Positions 38,718 through 53,029 are shown, counted from the first letter of the stretch. The stretch is DNA of 64,000 bases from Kudoa neothunni (GCA_964304625.1 OZ199838.1:1839927-1903926); one strand, 5' to 3'. Notes: generated by a model not told the origin, from the sequence alone. Numbers and translations are program-made.

Positions 38718-41074
38718 ATGAAATTGTGCTTAAATGCAAAAGAACCTCCGAGCGAGTTGCTTTTTGCGAATTTCAATCAGGATACACGTAAGTTGTAGAA
38801 TTGAATGGGAATTGATTTATACGATAACTAATGCTTCTTTTTATTATTTTGAAGTTGTGTGAATATTGGCACAAAGAAATGTTTTTCAGATATATCATTG
38901 AGTGAAGAGAAAAATAAGAATTTAAAATGCATTTATGATTTGGGTAATTTTTCTGTAGTAATGATGACAGTGGTTGTTGCTGCTGCTGCTGCTGCTGATT
39001 TTGTGGGGGCAGTAAATAAAAATCTAATGTATGTATTTTTAGAGGAAAAAGATGTTTACCTGGTCGAGAGACTATTTTCAAGTGGTTTGGTTGCATTTGT
39101 CACTTTATCCTCACCTAGACGAATAAGATTGTGGAATATTAAGTTGATTTATTTTGTGGATGCAGAGATTTTAAGTTCCAATTTAGAAAAATATAGATGT
39201 CAACTCATTCGATTATACATCCACTATTCTTAATGTTCTTCTCAATAGAAGTGTAATTATAGATTATATGTGCTTTACATCAAAATTGATTTTGATTTTT
39301 TTCCTATTAAGAGGATTGTAATTGTTACAGATGAAAATATTTACATTCATCAGTGTAAAGATATGAAAGTAGTTGCTATTGATTGAATCTGATAATGTTG
39401 GTTAGTTGGTTCATACAATCAGACATATAGCTACTAATTTGAGTGGATTGTGTGCGTTGTCGTCGAACGTTGATAATTCGTATATTGGCTTCCCTAGCAG
39501 TAACAAAGTAGACCTATTAGATACTATTATAGAAAGTTTGTTAACAATTGATTCAAGATTGGTGAACTACACATATTTGATACAATGAATTTGGTATTTG
39601 TCGCTTTATTTCACATATTTGCTGTAGCAGTTGAGGTAATAAAACTTTATGGTAGAAATCTGTCAAAGTGTTTCAAGCCCACGAAACCAAACTTGTAGCG
39701 ATTATTTTTAATTGCACCGCTACAATGGTGGCGACTGCGTCATCTAAAGTCTTTATATATATTTTAGATTGACTAGGTTGATATTTATTATATATAGGGC
39801 ACAGTTATTAGAGTTTTTCGCTTCCGCTTGGTCACACAATTTATGAATTTCGTAGAGGATTGAAACGGTGAGATATATGTGCTTCATTTGTCTGTTTTTA
39901 AATTTTTTTAACAGCTTTTTATCAAGCAAGTCTTATTGCCCTAGTTGCTATTTTAGTAATTAATACGAACGAATTGGGATCGGGATCTTTTTGAGCTTAA
40001 TTTTTTATATATTTGCTCCAATATGTACTCTAATACAAAAACTCGTTGTTTAATACTTTTTTATTGAAGATTGTTTATTTTTTATTAATCTTTATTTTAA
40101 TGTTATAAATACGAATGTTTTAAAATTATACCAATATAAGATTAAGTTGTTAGTTTGAAAATATGAGATTTTTTATTGTATATTTATGTAAATTTTTCTG
40201 GAATATCATACTAAAATAGTCCCGCATTTTGAATATATTTAGGCGAATAAGCTTTTAAAAACTTTATTTAATAAAATATAATTTTATTTATTATAGATCA
40301 GTAACGATCACATCGTTATCTTTCAGCCAAAATTCAGCATTTCTTATATCGGCCAGCGATACTAATACTATCCACATATTTTCATTCGACCATAAAACTT
40401 CGTATATTTGATTTTATTTATGGAAAACTAAAACAATAATTTAGAGTAAACAATGATAGAAACGATGAAAATTCGTTTTATTCTGATAGTTTATATTGAA
40501 AACCCTCAGTCAAATAATGGTGATTTTCTATTATACTGCAATCTGATGTAATTCTACATTAGCTATCGACTTCGATCATAATGAGAAAAGTTTTAAATCA
40601 AAATTGAAAAGCTGGATTTCATTGAGTTCCAGCAAAATACTTCCAAACAATGTGAACAACATTTTCAGAATCTCTCGTAATTTTGCCACCGTACGTCTTC
40701 CCACTTCAGGTATAATCGATAAAATATAGTGATATGGTTGTTTCATGTTATTTAGGTTTTTATAATATTGCAGCTATCGCCATGTATTGTTATTTGGTGG
40801 TTCAAATTGGAATAAGGTATATTTTAGCGAGAAAAATCAATATATAGTTCATGTTATCTCAAGCAATGCGATCCATTATGTTTATCTGTTAGATCCAGTT
40901 AATGGAGGAGATTGTGAACTTTTGCATGAAAAAAAGTTTCTCATCTCAATCACGATCATTCACCTATTCAAAATACATAATTTTATGTACTGTATATCTG
41001 ACAGTTTTTCTAAGGTTATCGAAATATTTTTTAATACTCAATGTTTTCAATATATTCCATTCATTAGTTGTTGA
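38718..41074 (+). CDS. WIPI2: WIPI1/2 (ATG18) phosphoinositide-binding PROPPIN, multi-exon; one frameshift in the given sequence
   Basis: LLFANFNQDT, VERLFSSGLVA, DMKLVHTIR, GLCALS, AHET...ATASSKGTVIRVF, YEFRRG, SDTNTIHIF, RNFATVRLP, LDPVNGGDC. 3' end uncertain. Confidence 0.9.
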
Positions 41075-41855
41075 CTTTTTATTATGAACGTGTTGAATAA
41101 CACTGTATTTTAATGTTATCCGATTCTCAGCTGAGTGATTCATTGTTATATTATATGTGTATTACTGTTTAAGAATTATTAATATTAATTTTTAACAGAT
41201 TTTCTTTGAATGTTGCCTTTTATTTATGCATTTATTATTTTAATGATTGTATTTTCGCGAGGTTAGTGTAGCACAAAATGATTCTTGGTTGTTATTATTT
41301 TATTTGGATCATAACTAATAAGGAATCGTCAAAAATATATTAACTTTGGTTATGAAATCCCATTATTTTTCTTGAATCGTTTGGCAACTGCTTGTGTTTT
41401 AATATAGTTTACCCCTCGTTACGAAAATACTCTGTTTAGCCTTGCTTTTGCACAACTAGTCGGAAACATTCTTATATAAATTTCATTTTTAAGTTTATTT
41501 AGTGTGTAATCATTATTGACTTTAAAGTATATACCATTTCCAAATGGAATGATATATCTGATTAATGCATTAGAAATTAAATAAAAAAGTTAGTTTTTCT
41601 AGTAATTAATAAATTTCGGCCTTAGTAAAAGAATACAGTAATAACATGGATGAGTATTTGGAATAATAAAAAATGAGGTTGTTGAATAAATTAAACTTCT
41701 AATTATGGTATAATAATATTAACCAAAGTACGGTCTATAATCTATTTTCCTTAATAACTTGGTCGGTACAAAAAATTACTGAAACGCTTCAATAACTAGT
41801 CTAAGAATTTTTATTAACATCAAGAAATTTAATTATACTTATAGTCATTTACAAC

Positions 41856-41890
<35 letters not shown>

Positions 41891-42299
41891 GTATATAAAG
41901 GCGAATTTATGTGTTTGAGAATACAGTAGCGATATGGGTCGTACGCAATTTTTTTAAAATTTTCTTGTTTACTATTTATTTTAATTCCAATTAAAATAGA
42001 TAGTTCGACCAAAAATAGATAATTTTTCAATAAATAATTGGTTTGAAACAAAATGTTAGGGTTGAAACTTATTATGTGGATCTAACGCAAAAATGACTCG
42101 AGAGCAGTGCATAATCTAAACTTAACCAAAAAAATAATAAATGAAGCGTAATTTTAACAAAACCAATCACTTTACACCACCAAAAAGAATCGAAATTACA
42201 AGTTTTTCAAGTTAATATCTTATAATAAAGATCCTAAGCTCCAATCGATGGAAAAATTCGTCAATAAAATAGCACGATAGTTAAAAAGGCCTAAACGAC

Positions 42300-42500
42300 T
42301 GGTTCTATTTTTGTGTCTTTTCTTGAAAAATATAACAAGCAACTTACTATTTCTAAGAGAAAAAATTTTATTATTCCTCGACTATTTCTTAGTCTACAAA
42401 AACATATTTGTCCAATGTAACACTGTTACTTTTTTCGTACACAACCAGTGTGCTTCAGCCACTGGATCATGGAATTGTTAAAAATTTTAAAAATGATGCA
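42300..42500 (+). mobile_element. Tigger/pogo transposase fragment
   Basis: KILLFLD...LSNVTLL...TTSVLQPLDHGIVKNFK matches the pogo PNTTSxLQPLDQGI motif; frameshifted. Confidence 0.75.
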
Positions 42501-43469
42501 CAAAATAAATCTAATGACGTCATTCATACATCAAATCGAATTTCAAGATAGTTGTTACATTGTAACTAGTGTCTTAGATGTTATTCATTGATAATCAAAT
42601 AATTAGAATATATTGTTATGTAAACCATAGTTAACATAACCGCTTTAGGAAATCATTTTTCCTCTCTGAAAATCCACTAAATGATGATTCCAATGATGTT
42701 CCTGATGATAATCAATTTAAACGTGACATAAATGAGCTGATTGAAGAGGAGAAACCATTAGAATAACAAATATTATTGAATGAAACTCTTGAATACAACA
42801 TAGTCGATACCTCTGAAATTTGGACAACACCAGATTTTCCTGATTTCGACTCTGATTATATTGATAAAGTTATTATATCAAACCAAGAGTAACCATATTA
42901 ATGGGCAAAAGTTGGAAAATCCTTTCTAACTAAAATTTTGGTCAATGCTTAACAATATAAACCGAATTGTAATGGGCTGGTCCAATATTTGAACAGTTTT
43001 TACAAAACATAATATAAAGGACAGTATTTTAATAAGAAAATATGTAAAGTTAATTTTTGAGTCAAATTAATTCATTATTGATTATATTATCGATGGGAAA
43101 CTGTTATTTTTGTCTTAACGCGTGAGCTTTTAGAATGTGTCCAGCGCAAAAATAGATTCAACACAGGGATTTTCATCTTCCCCATTTCTGCGTTGCATTC
43201 ATACGCTACTGTAATATTCTTAAATTGAATTTGGATCACATTTGATATCCACACCATATAATTCTATAACATTATAGAGATTAACGGTGAAGCTAATCGT
43301 TTGTGTACCGACGCTAACACTAATACCGCACCATCAGGATTGCCGACTCACAAACACGATATATAAGGGTTAAGTTGCTATTTACAAACAAACCCACAAC
43401 AATGATTGCACCAAGGAAGGCATTTAATAAAATTTTCAGTGGAGAGAAAAATTCCATTAATTATCTTTT

Positions 43470-44290
43470 AAATGTGGCGTTCTTGAGGAGCCAACTAGTT
43501 GCATTAAGTGTGGTGGAATTGGATTTTTGATCCACAGCAAAAATTAGCCATGTTGTGCAATGTCCTTCAGGAAAGAATCATCCATTTTTGGCTATACATT
43601 CTTCAAAAATATGAAACTTAAAGTTAACGATTTCATGGAGTCGGTATATTATCGGTTAGTGGGTGTAAAAACTCTTAATTTGATCATTATTACTGGTCAC
43701 TCTTCTCAAACTTTCACAAACTATCTCGCACTACCTTAGACAGATGATGACCGATAATTTATGATGCGAGGATATCATAATTGGAGGAGAAAACACAATC
43801 GTAGAAATTGATGGGTCCGAAGTTTGGAAAAATAAAATACAACAAAAATCATGGTGTTAATGGAGCATGGGTTGTTGGAGGTGTCGAAAGGACATCCGAA
43901 AGAAGAATGTCTCTAGTGGAGGTCCCTGATAGAACTGCTGAAACTCTAATAAAAAAATAAAAAACCTATGTCAAACCAGGCTCATTATCATCACCGACTG
44001 TTTCAAAAGCTACGCCATACTTCATAATCTTACATTCATCTCGTTGTTAACCACAGTATAGAATATGTAGATAGCGTTTCAGGAACTCACACAATACTAT
44101 TGAAGGCACTTGGGGTGTCATAAAATACCGAATATCTCCAAGAAATCAAACCTCATCAGTAATGAGGATGGAACTATTCGTCTGGAAGGCATTAATGAAT
44201 TTCTTGGTGAATTTCGATGAAGACGAAAAAATAAACATGACTTATGGATTGATTTTATACAATCTCTAAAAGTTAATCTACAATCGAACA
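43470..44290 (+). mobile_element. Merlin / ISXO2 (IS1595-family) transposase relic
   Basis: CIKCGG...TFFKNMKL; IGGENTIVEID..FGKIKYN; WVVGGVER; VPDRTAETL; TDCFKSY; VVNHS; NTIEGTW, with several frameshifts. Confidence 0.9.
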
Positions 44291-44547
44291 ATTCTTATTA
44301 GCCTTTTTGTAGAGTTTTGTATAAAATTTGTTTTTATAATAAATATAAGCATTATATTATTGTGGATTAGGGGGTTTAAACCAAATTTCAGCCTTGAATT
44401 TAAATAGGTTCAAGTTCATAGTGCATTTAAACGTGAAGAAATGATTTGATTTGTATTATTGTTCGTAAAAATGTCTATTTTTTTTATTCAGCATGGCCTT
44501 TTATTAGTTTAATTCGAACGCCCTAGCTTTCATAGTTTCCAAAAAGG

Positions 44548-44591
44548 GTGAGCGTGATGCATTTCACGCTCATCGCGCGTAGAAACACTAG
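44548..44591 (+). other. GC-rich hairpin followed by CTAG (Helitron-like 3' terminus)
   Basis: tgagcgtga-tgcatt-tcacgctca (perfect 9-bp stem), CTAG at 44588-44591. The next base is A rather than the expected T. Confidence 0.4.
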
Positions 44592-45682
44592 ATCAAATTT
44601 ATTTAATTAATTATGAATCGGTAGTAATGTTAAAATCAGGTAGACAAAAGTTTTATAGTAGTATAACTGTATCCTTAGATTTAATTTAAACCACCCACTA
44701 AATCAAAATTTCAGTAGTATAGTTCAATATAAAGGAAAGTTTACTTTTCCTAATTATTTAAACTATTTCGGTAGATAATAGACGCCGCGCAACTGGTTAT
44801 AAGAATGAGAATACTAAGTTTTTACCAAATAACGGGATATTAATTTTAACAATAAAAATTCATTTCCGTATATATATTTTAGTTAATAAAGTTTTTGTAA
44901 TATTTATAATCTCCCTAAAATAATCTTAATTTTAATTTCACTAATCACAATCTTTCAAAGCGTCATAATTTAAGAAAATTTATAGTATATCCTTTCTGTG
45001 GTCTAATTGAAAGGATTAATATATTAATTTTAATTGTTTTAAGGTAGTTTGATTGCAAAATATTTCCAATCGCGCGAAAAGATTGTTTTGCACTAATTAT
45101 TAATCATAATTATAATAATTTTTTTATATCTTCATCTAAGTTGCTCACGAATCCGTATTGTCTTAAGATGAGAAGTGAATATTGGGATTTTTAAAATACG
45201 CAGACCTATTAAAATACAATTACAATGTTGTTTAGTACGTGTGGAGAGTAGAGAAGAAGATTAATTTGGGTGTTCAATCCAATATTTAGCTAATAAAATA
45301 ACCTCAGACCTACTTCCGCCTAGCTTACATTTTGAAGAGAACAAAAATATTGTAATAAGATAGAGGAAACTGAATTTGGAAAAAAAAAAGAAATGTGCTA
45401 TTAAAAAAATGCGGAATTCCAAAATACATGAATTTAATTTATTTGAAGAGAAGTATTTCACTTAAGCTCATTTCAAAGGGGGTTCTAATTTGCGTATTTA
45501 ACGAAAATTTCCGAACAACAAAAACAAACTGTTAACCTTACTTAATTTGACTCAAAATATGATTGATTATTTCATTCCAAACATATACAATTAAATAATA
45601 GACTATTGAAAAAATATAACGAAAAAGGATAGAAAGACGCAACATATTAACTTCCGAAGATTAATCTCACATTCAAAACAAA

Positions 45683-47770
45683 ATGAACTCTCGGAAAATG
45701 TTCTATGAGGAATCTGTTGGTCAAACGAATCAATTTGCTACACAGTGTAAAAAGTAAACTAAGTATTAATGACGTAATCAAGCATTTTATCAATTATTTT
45801 AGATTGTGCGCTACTAAAAACTATTACAACGACAAGTTTGTGCATTATTTTATACGTGAAAACATTTTTGAATCTTTCCCCAACTCAACCAACAAATTAT
45901 CTAATAAAAGACTGTACTGTCCACCTGAAGTTTTGCGAGGTATCCAATTTCATATGTTAAGAAAAATAAAGCTACAATCTTATTTTTTGTGACTAGGATA
46001 CGCCATTAGAGTGTGTTATATATTTGAGGAAATATGTGACTTTATCGAGAAAAATCACTACAACTGTCAAATTGTAAATCTCGGGGCTGGTTTTGATACG
46101 TTACTATGGAGAATTCACGAAGTAATCCAGATTTGTGACTGCACTAATTAAAATTCCATTAGAAATACGTCTCCAAAATGATTCCATCAATAGCCTGGAA
46201 TGTAATTTATTATGAGCTAGATTTTGGTGGAGTGGTTGCTACGAAAAGTCAAATCATTCAACAACATTCATCGCTTCATCAAATATTGATTGAACCACGA
46301 ATATGTTATTTGAACAATATGAAATTTTATTTTTGACTCCGAAAATTAGTGCCATCTACAGGAGAGATTAGTTCCAAATTTTACCATTTGGCTGTCGTGG
46401 ATCTGAGACGTACGGAATTATTGAAAGAATCGTTGATTTCGCGCCAATTTTCAACTACGTATGTTTACACTTTAGATTATCACCCCCAATCAACCAACTC
46501 ATCAGCAATCAAACTAACATATTTAGACTACCGACTTTGTATGTTGCTGAATGTGTCCTTGGCTATTTGGAGGAGATAGAAATTTTCCGACTATTATCGA
46601 CACTTGGAGGGATTAGTGATTGTGCCACATTTTTAGAATATGATCCAGTATATTTTTGAGCCTTCACGTGAGCGCATGATTGTTATTTTTTTATTTGTTA
46701 GATTCTCGCCGACGATAAGTTTGTGTCAATCATGAAAGACAATCTTTACGTATAATGACAGCCGTCTTCTTTACCTATGTGTGTAATAATATTGATATTT
46801 GCGTGTAGTTGATTGATGTCAATTTTCGCGCTCTTTCGTGCTGTTCAACTATCCAAAGACATGTAATTATTTTCCATAGAAAAGTTTAAACTTTAATATA
46901 GAAAAATAAATTTCTTGACAACGGTTGGAACAGTTGTGAGGCATTCACCATCGATGAGATTTATAATAGTGAAAGGTTTTTATCTACGAGGAAAAGGTTA
47001 ATTAATTTTAAGATTTAAGTAAATTGCGAGTTTTTCCGATTGATATCTAATATCTATCCACTAGTTTAATATCACTTAGACTTTTCGAATAGTGATTATT
47101 TAACATCAAAATATTCTATTTAATTACACTTAATGAAGTTAAAAAATCGTGAGAAAATTTTTCCATAGAATATAGGGTTTCTCAATTGAATGCGACAATT
47201 TGCAACTGAACTCGGCACCCTTTTGGTTCTGACCAAAATTCATATTTAAACGTTAAAATCTCCGTAAATAAATACTTTTTATGATTTTTATATTAAAAGT
47301 CATACCCCAGTGGAAATCGTACGTACTTACACTTTATGATTAAATTCATTTCGAATACCAAGAATAGTTTTTATTTATGGTCTTTGATAGGTTCGCTTTA
47401 AGTATTCTTATTTCGATTTTATTCTTAGAGACAATATAACTTAAAATGGGGCCGCTTTTATATTAATATAAAATGTATGAACAAACGATCTCTTTAAGAA
47501 AGTACCGTGATATAAATGAAGCGAATGCATAAAAAGAGTAGAGAAAATTGAATGGGTTTATTTGTTATCTCAAAAAATGGGATTAGGAACAGAATTCTCT
47601 CGTTCTCTTAATCACGTGTGGGAGAAACTAACCAAGCTCATTGGTTTCTCTGGTTGAGTTTTTGCAGAGAAATTATTCTAAAATATGACCTATAAAAATA
47701 TTAAATTTAATGTTTTTTGTGCCTTTTTTTAATTAGGTTATAAATTTTTTAACAATATTGTTAAAGACCA

Positions 47771-47802
<32 letters not shown>

Positions 47803-49427
47803 GCTAGGTGCTATCTTCATGGTAATATTTAATTTGAATGAAAAAGAATAATTTTTTAAGAAAATTGTTTTCTGCATATAAAGTAGTTTTATCACAAAAT
47901 ATTACTATAAAAGAATGCGTAACTATTCTTAGTTGAATATTAATATTATAATAGCTTGAAGGAGATTTTCACCTTTAAGTATGGGGGTTTGGTCAGATCA
48001 AAAAATGTGTCGAGTTCAATTGCAAATGCCCCGAATTCAATTGACAAATCCTATAATCAACCACCTACGCATTAAGTAATCCCTGATAACGGAATAAGTT
48101 CAGTTGGAATTAAGGATACCTCATAAATTATCATGAAAATTCAAAATCCACTATCTAAAGGAGGGAAAACTATGCTCCAACTACATTCTAATAAAAATAT
48201 GACTCCATATTTTTATTTGATAGATTTAGTTGATGAATTTTTCAAAGCTTTAATATGTCGATCAATAATGCTACAATATTAATTTAATGTTAAAAATTTG
48301 TTTTCAGTGAAGAAAGTCAAGTTTAATGATTTATAATTTGTTTTGTCTCAGAAAGAAAGTCTATTCGTAGAATGTATCCAATGGGATAATAACTAATATC
48401 ACTTTTTATATAAAGTCATCTGTAGGCTTATTGATTTCTCTTCATTTTCTGCCAAGCTAATAATAGTGTAAATAAATTATTTATTTTCGCAAAATTTCAA
48501 TTAATATATGTTTCAATATTTTAGGGATAATAAATATTAATAGTTGTTTAATATTTTAAATGTTATTCAGATTACACCTATTAAGTAATTATATTTATTC
48601 CCTCTTTAGTTTGTAAAATAAAATTTGTAATTATAGATGTTCTGTATTTAATTGTTTTGATTGGTTCTTAAAACAAAATCTACACGTACTTTAAATAAAC
48701 TATAATTTGCTCTAGTGTACTGAGCAAAGATAATCTTTAAAATAAATTTTATACAGTTGTTACTAGGATTATACATTTTTTAAGTATCATATATAAATAT
48801 ATTTTGATATTTGACTAATCTATACTAATGTTAGCTAAAAATTTTACATATCCAATCTCATACTACGAAAAGTCGAGATTTTGCGCTATTAACTTTCAAG
48901 TTTATCCAAAAGCCCCAATTTCAAAGCTTCTTACTTATACTTAGTATATTGTTTTTTTTCTAAACAAAATTTAGAAGAAATCACAATTATTTTTAATTAT
49001 ATTCATAACTATCCAATATTCTATTGTGAGCAAAAAATTTACTATTTTATAATTTTTTGTGAATTTTTAGTAGATAAAAATACTTTATTAGATTCAAACA
49101 AATTAATCTGAAATAATACTTAACATATTGAGTTAAAAAATTTATATTTTACTCATTAGGCAGAGTTTTTCGAATAATGAAAAATTATATTTATCTATTC
49201 TATAAAGGATTATTTGATGCGTGAGTTTGTTAATTTTTCTAACAAAATTTTAATTTAGTTTAAAGTAATTTTTATAATAAAATTGAATCCCTTGACCTAT
49301 TTACAATCATTTTTGGTAGTAAATAATTATTTCCTTTAGAATCGACTGTATCGACATGATTGATGAGCCATATCTATTGAAAGACTTGATTTCCCATTAC
49401 TGTATAATAAAAGCAATCAAAAAATAA
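45683..49427 (+). CDS. LCMT1: Leucine carboxyl methyltransferase 1 (PP2A methyltransferase), multi-exon
   Basis: SVGQTNQFATQCK, PPEVLRGYAIR, CQIVNLGAGFDTL, YYELDF, YHLAVVDLR, PTLYVAECVLGYL, IDMIDEPYLLKDLISHYC. Last intron about 2.3 kb. Confidence 0.93.
47173..48053. mobile_element. Tc1/mariner-type MITE with ~100-bp TIRs in the last LCMT1 intron
   Basis: 47173-47273 (tagggtttctcaattgaatgcg...gaactcggcac...tctgaccaaa...aaaatctcc) is the imperfect inverse of 47961-48053; TA on both flanks. Confidence 0.85.
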
Positions 49428-49527
49428 TAGACATCAAATTTTATAATTGTTATTTTAATGTGTGTTTATTGATTAAATCGGCTATCTTTTATAACTGGCA
49501 TTATTCGTATGAATTATCAGATTGGTG

Positions 49528-51458
49528 TTAATGTACGTTAGCAGGATGTAAAGATGAGGAGGCGTCATCGAGCATAATTATCGATGATGAGGAAGACGTT
49601 CTTGTCCTGATAAATTGGGGCATCTCACTTTTCCTTCTCACAATTTCCATGTATTTTCGACGATGTTCTTCATAATACTGGGTTTTTGTGACCATTTTCA
49701 AGTCAAACAGAGAATCTCTGGGATTTAATTTAATATTATTGGAAAATGGAAAAATAATCTACCTAAGAATCAGGTTTCGTAATATGGCTAAATCACAAAT
49801 CTTATCATCAGTCACTAGGATATCGTAATAACACACCAATCAATATACGATTAAATGCTACAATCAATATTTCCAAAATGAGTTTTTCTCATGGGGAGCA
49901 CTCTGTTTTTCTCTATTACATTCGAGTTGATCATTGAACATAATAAAAATGAATCCTAATAATGAAAATATAAAATTCATTATTTCATCTTTATATGTTT
50001 ATTAAATGTGAAACTACTTGATCGAGCTTTAATTTGTGGGAAATCTTCGAGAGAATCGACTCTCTGCAATCGGCGTCAGCCACATTGTTAGGAAAGGGAA
50101 CGATGTTATTGCGAGAGAAGTCTTCAGTAATCTAACAAAATTAGAGTTGTATAGATTAATTAAAATACTCTTTTTTTGTAAGCTTTTAATTCAGCAGCGG
50201 TCATATAGTCAGACTTTGCAATGACAGGAATCAGGTTCATTTTTGACTGGATTCCATACATAAAGATCACATCATTATTCATCAGTCTAAAAGGGAATTA
50301 TATCGTTAATTAGCAGGAAAATATGTAGTGATATGTTCAACAACTAAATAACCTATGGCCAGTTGGAAAAATTAAATAAATGCAACAGTGGATAAGTTGA
50401 TCTGGTATCCGGGACAATGGTCGTCGTTTGAATGACTTCTCCTCATTCATGTAAGTATTCATCTGGGTTTTCGCTAGTTTGAGCACTTCCTCCAATCTAT
50501 CAAGATTATACTGAGAAATAACTAAAAAATGTATTACAAATCGCTCTCGTTGCCCTTCTCGTAACCCGCTGTGGTGTAAAATGTGAATTTAAATTTTTTA
50601 CCATCTTGTCTAATCACTACATTCGCAACATATTTCACATTATCTTCTCCAAACAACAACATACTCAGAGTATAACAGTTAATCCCTGTTAGTGTTATCA
50701 GAGTTTTCAGGGTCAACCTCATAATATAATTCATTATCGGGGTCAATACCAATCCCAAAGCGTTCCAACACCACTCTACCAAATAATGTGTTTAAAAATG
50801 ATGTTTTCCCCACCTTGTTTATGCCTATAATTGATATAAAAATTCAAATTATAGTAACCTAACCATCTTACCTACAATAAGTATATTGTATTCAATATAT
50901 TTTCCGTCCATGGGCAGTATATGTTGGTGGTGATCGGGGACAAAATGTCAAGATAGATTCCATCATTACACAAGTTTCCCCAGTCACGAATACTCCTCAA
51001 AATATCATTCATTTTAATATAAAACTGTGGAAACGAAAATGTTTTTATTGCTAAATAATATTATATTCACAAATATAGTAAAATTTTTAAATGATTACTT
51101 TTGTTAGAAAAATTTTCCAAAATTTTTTCTTTTAAATATTTTGATTCAACTGGTAACATTTTTTCCAAACCAATAATATCCACCATTTTGTCATAGATCA
51201 GTTCGAATTGAGTGACCCTTCGAGAAGAGACCGAGGGAGACGAGCTAGCCAACTCATCCGAAACTTCCAAACTCGATTCAAATCTTTTAAATGTTTGAAA
51301 TAAGTCGTTCAAAACTAAAATTTATTTTTTAAATAAACTAAAACAATATTTAAACACGTTTTGTGATCTTCCTGGACAAACAATTTCTCTAATCAATCAC
51401 ATTGGTCAATATATTTAAAATGCCGAGTGATTCATACCACAACCAAATCCTTCATCAT
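49528..51458 (-). CDS. Divergent septin GTPase, multi-exon
   Basis: YNILIVGINKVGKTSFLNTLF (G1), PDQLIHCCIYLIFPTGH, NLIPVIAKSD (G4), septin-unique-element-like RKTHFGNIDLTDDKICDLAILRNLILR...DLKMVT...YYEEHR. Start uncertain. Confidence 0.88.
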
Positions 51459-53029
51459 TTGATTCTCAAATAGCAACCCACAAACTAATCCTCTTTGTGG
51501 AACTTACGATAAACTTTCCTTCATGATCGACTAGATTTAAATACGATTACCTATTTTTAAACATACTGGAATAGAGGTGGTTTTATGTAGTTTTCTCATT
51601 AGTAAGTGGTTGGGATGTATTTATTGCTTTGGTTTCATAGAGTAGCCCCAATAATGCAATATACATTTTATTATTCACTATCGTACTACATTAAAAAGTA
51701 GTAAGGAATCTTTTTAGTATATCTCGTAGTTTACAAGTATAAAAATTGTACAATATATAGATGAAATTAAAATTCAAAAACGTTAAGTTTCAAAAATTTG
51801 GCAATTTTTTACACTAATTTCTTTGTGGAATAAAATAGCTCTAACAAAATCTATTTGGTATATTGCGTTAGCTTGACAATGATTGTAGACTTTACAATAA
51901 CATCCAACCAAACATGAACATTAATTTTTTTGCTTACTCTTATATTTTTTTAATATTTCCTCTCTTAAATGTAACGAAATTAACTATGAGAAGTATTAAG
52001 TGAATGAGGTTAAAATTGTCTTGGAAGACACTTCCTTTATAAACATCACCATAGTGTGAATTATGGCTTGTTTAAACAAATCATAATATTCCGCTTATTT
52101 GGTTATATTTTAAGTTTTATTTGAAATTTAATTGGAATATACAACCTTATTTCTATATTTCTCTATTCTCTGAGGATTATAATGAAATTTAACGGCAAAG
52201 AAATATAGAGTCACGACACAAGAGGTTTAAAAATAAACCAAAACTTATAATCTGATTTATTCTTATGGATATAAATAGAAACAATCAATATTACAAAGAT
52301 AAATTTGAAATCTTATCTCTAAGTTTATCTACACATTAGATATTTGATAGTTATTCTAATTTTACGTCTGTTGAAATGTACCCAATAATTAAAGAACAAT
52401 TTCTGCAAAACGAACGCTTTCATCATCATAGTAAAGTTTTCTGTGTTAATATTTTCTTTTAATGGCATATATAAGGCTGAACTTTTAATAATTTGATAAA
52501 GGCTTCGAAGTAATCGACTAATCTCTAAGCGATAAGATGATTGAGTGACCAGTATTAAACCTACGACGCTTTTTACTATTAACTAAATTTAATTTTAATT
52601 TACATGAATAAATTAAAACCTGATCAAATATAATCTGAAAGTTAGAAATGCAAATCTTTTGTTTGTTTAGTTTTTTAATCTGAGGATATGACTTAACACG
52701 TTTTTTTTTTATTAAGTCTTTTTTATTGTATATAAAAGCAGAAATCTAAATCTTTTGAATATTCAGATATCAATGAATAAGTATGGATCAAGAAATTGTG
52801 GAAAAATTTAGCAAAAATTTGGAACGGCTATCTTTTATATAACGGGCTGCAAACGGAAAATGTCGGATGAAATCGCACGAGACAACACAATATATTATAT
52901 TCAATAATTTTTCATTATTTCTTTAAAGTAGGTATTAAATTTGATTTCTCTATATTTTTAAGACACATACAATCCGATATGAAGTCATATAATGACTATT
53001 CATTTTAATTAGCAATGATCAGGCACTCT

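Noticed and set aside
42059-44393. Possible Merlin TIR pair ggttgaaactt / ggctgaaattt
   Set aside because: Only 9/11 identity and no target-site duplication.
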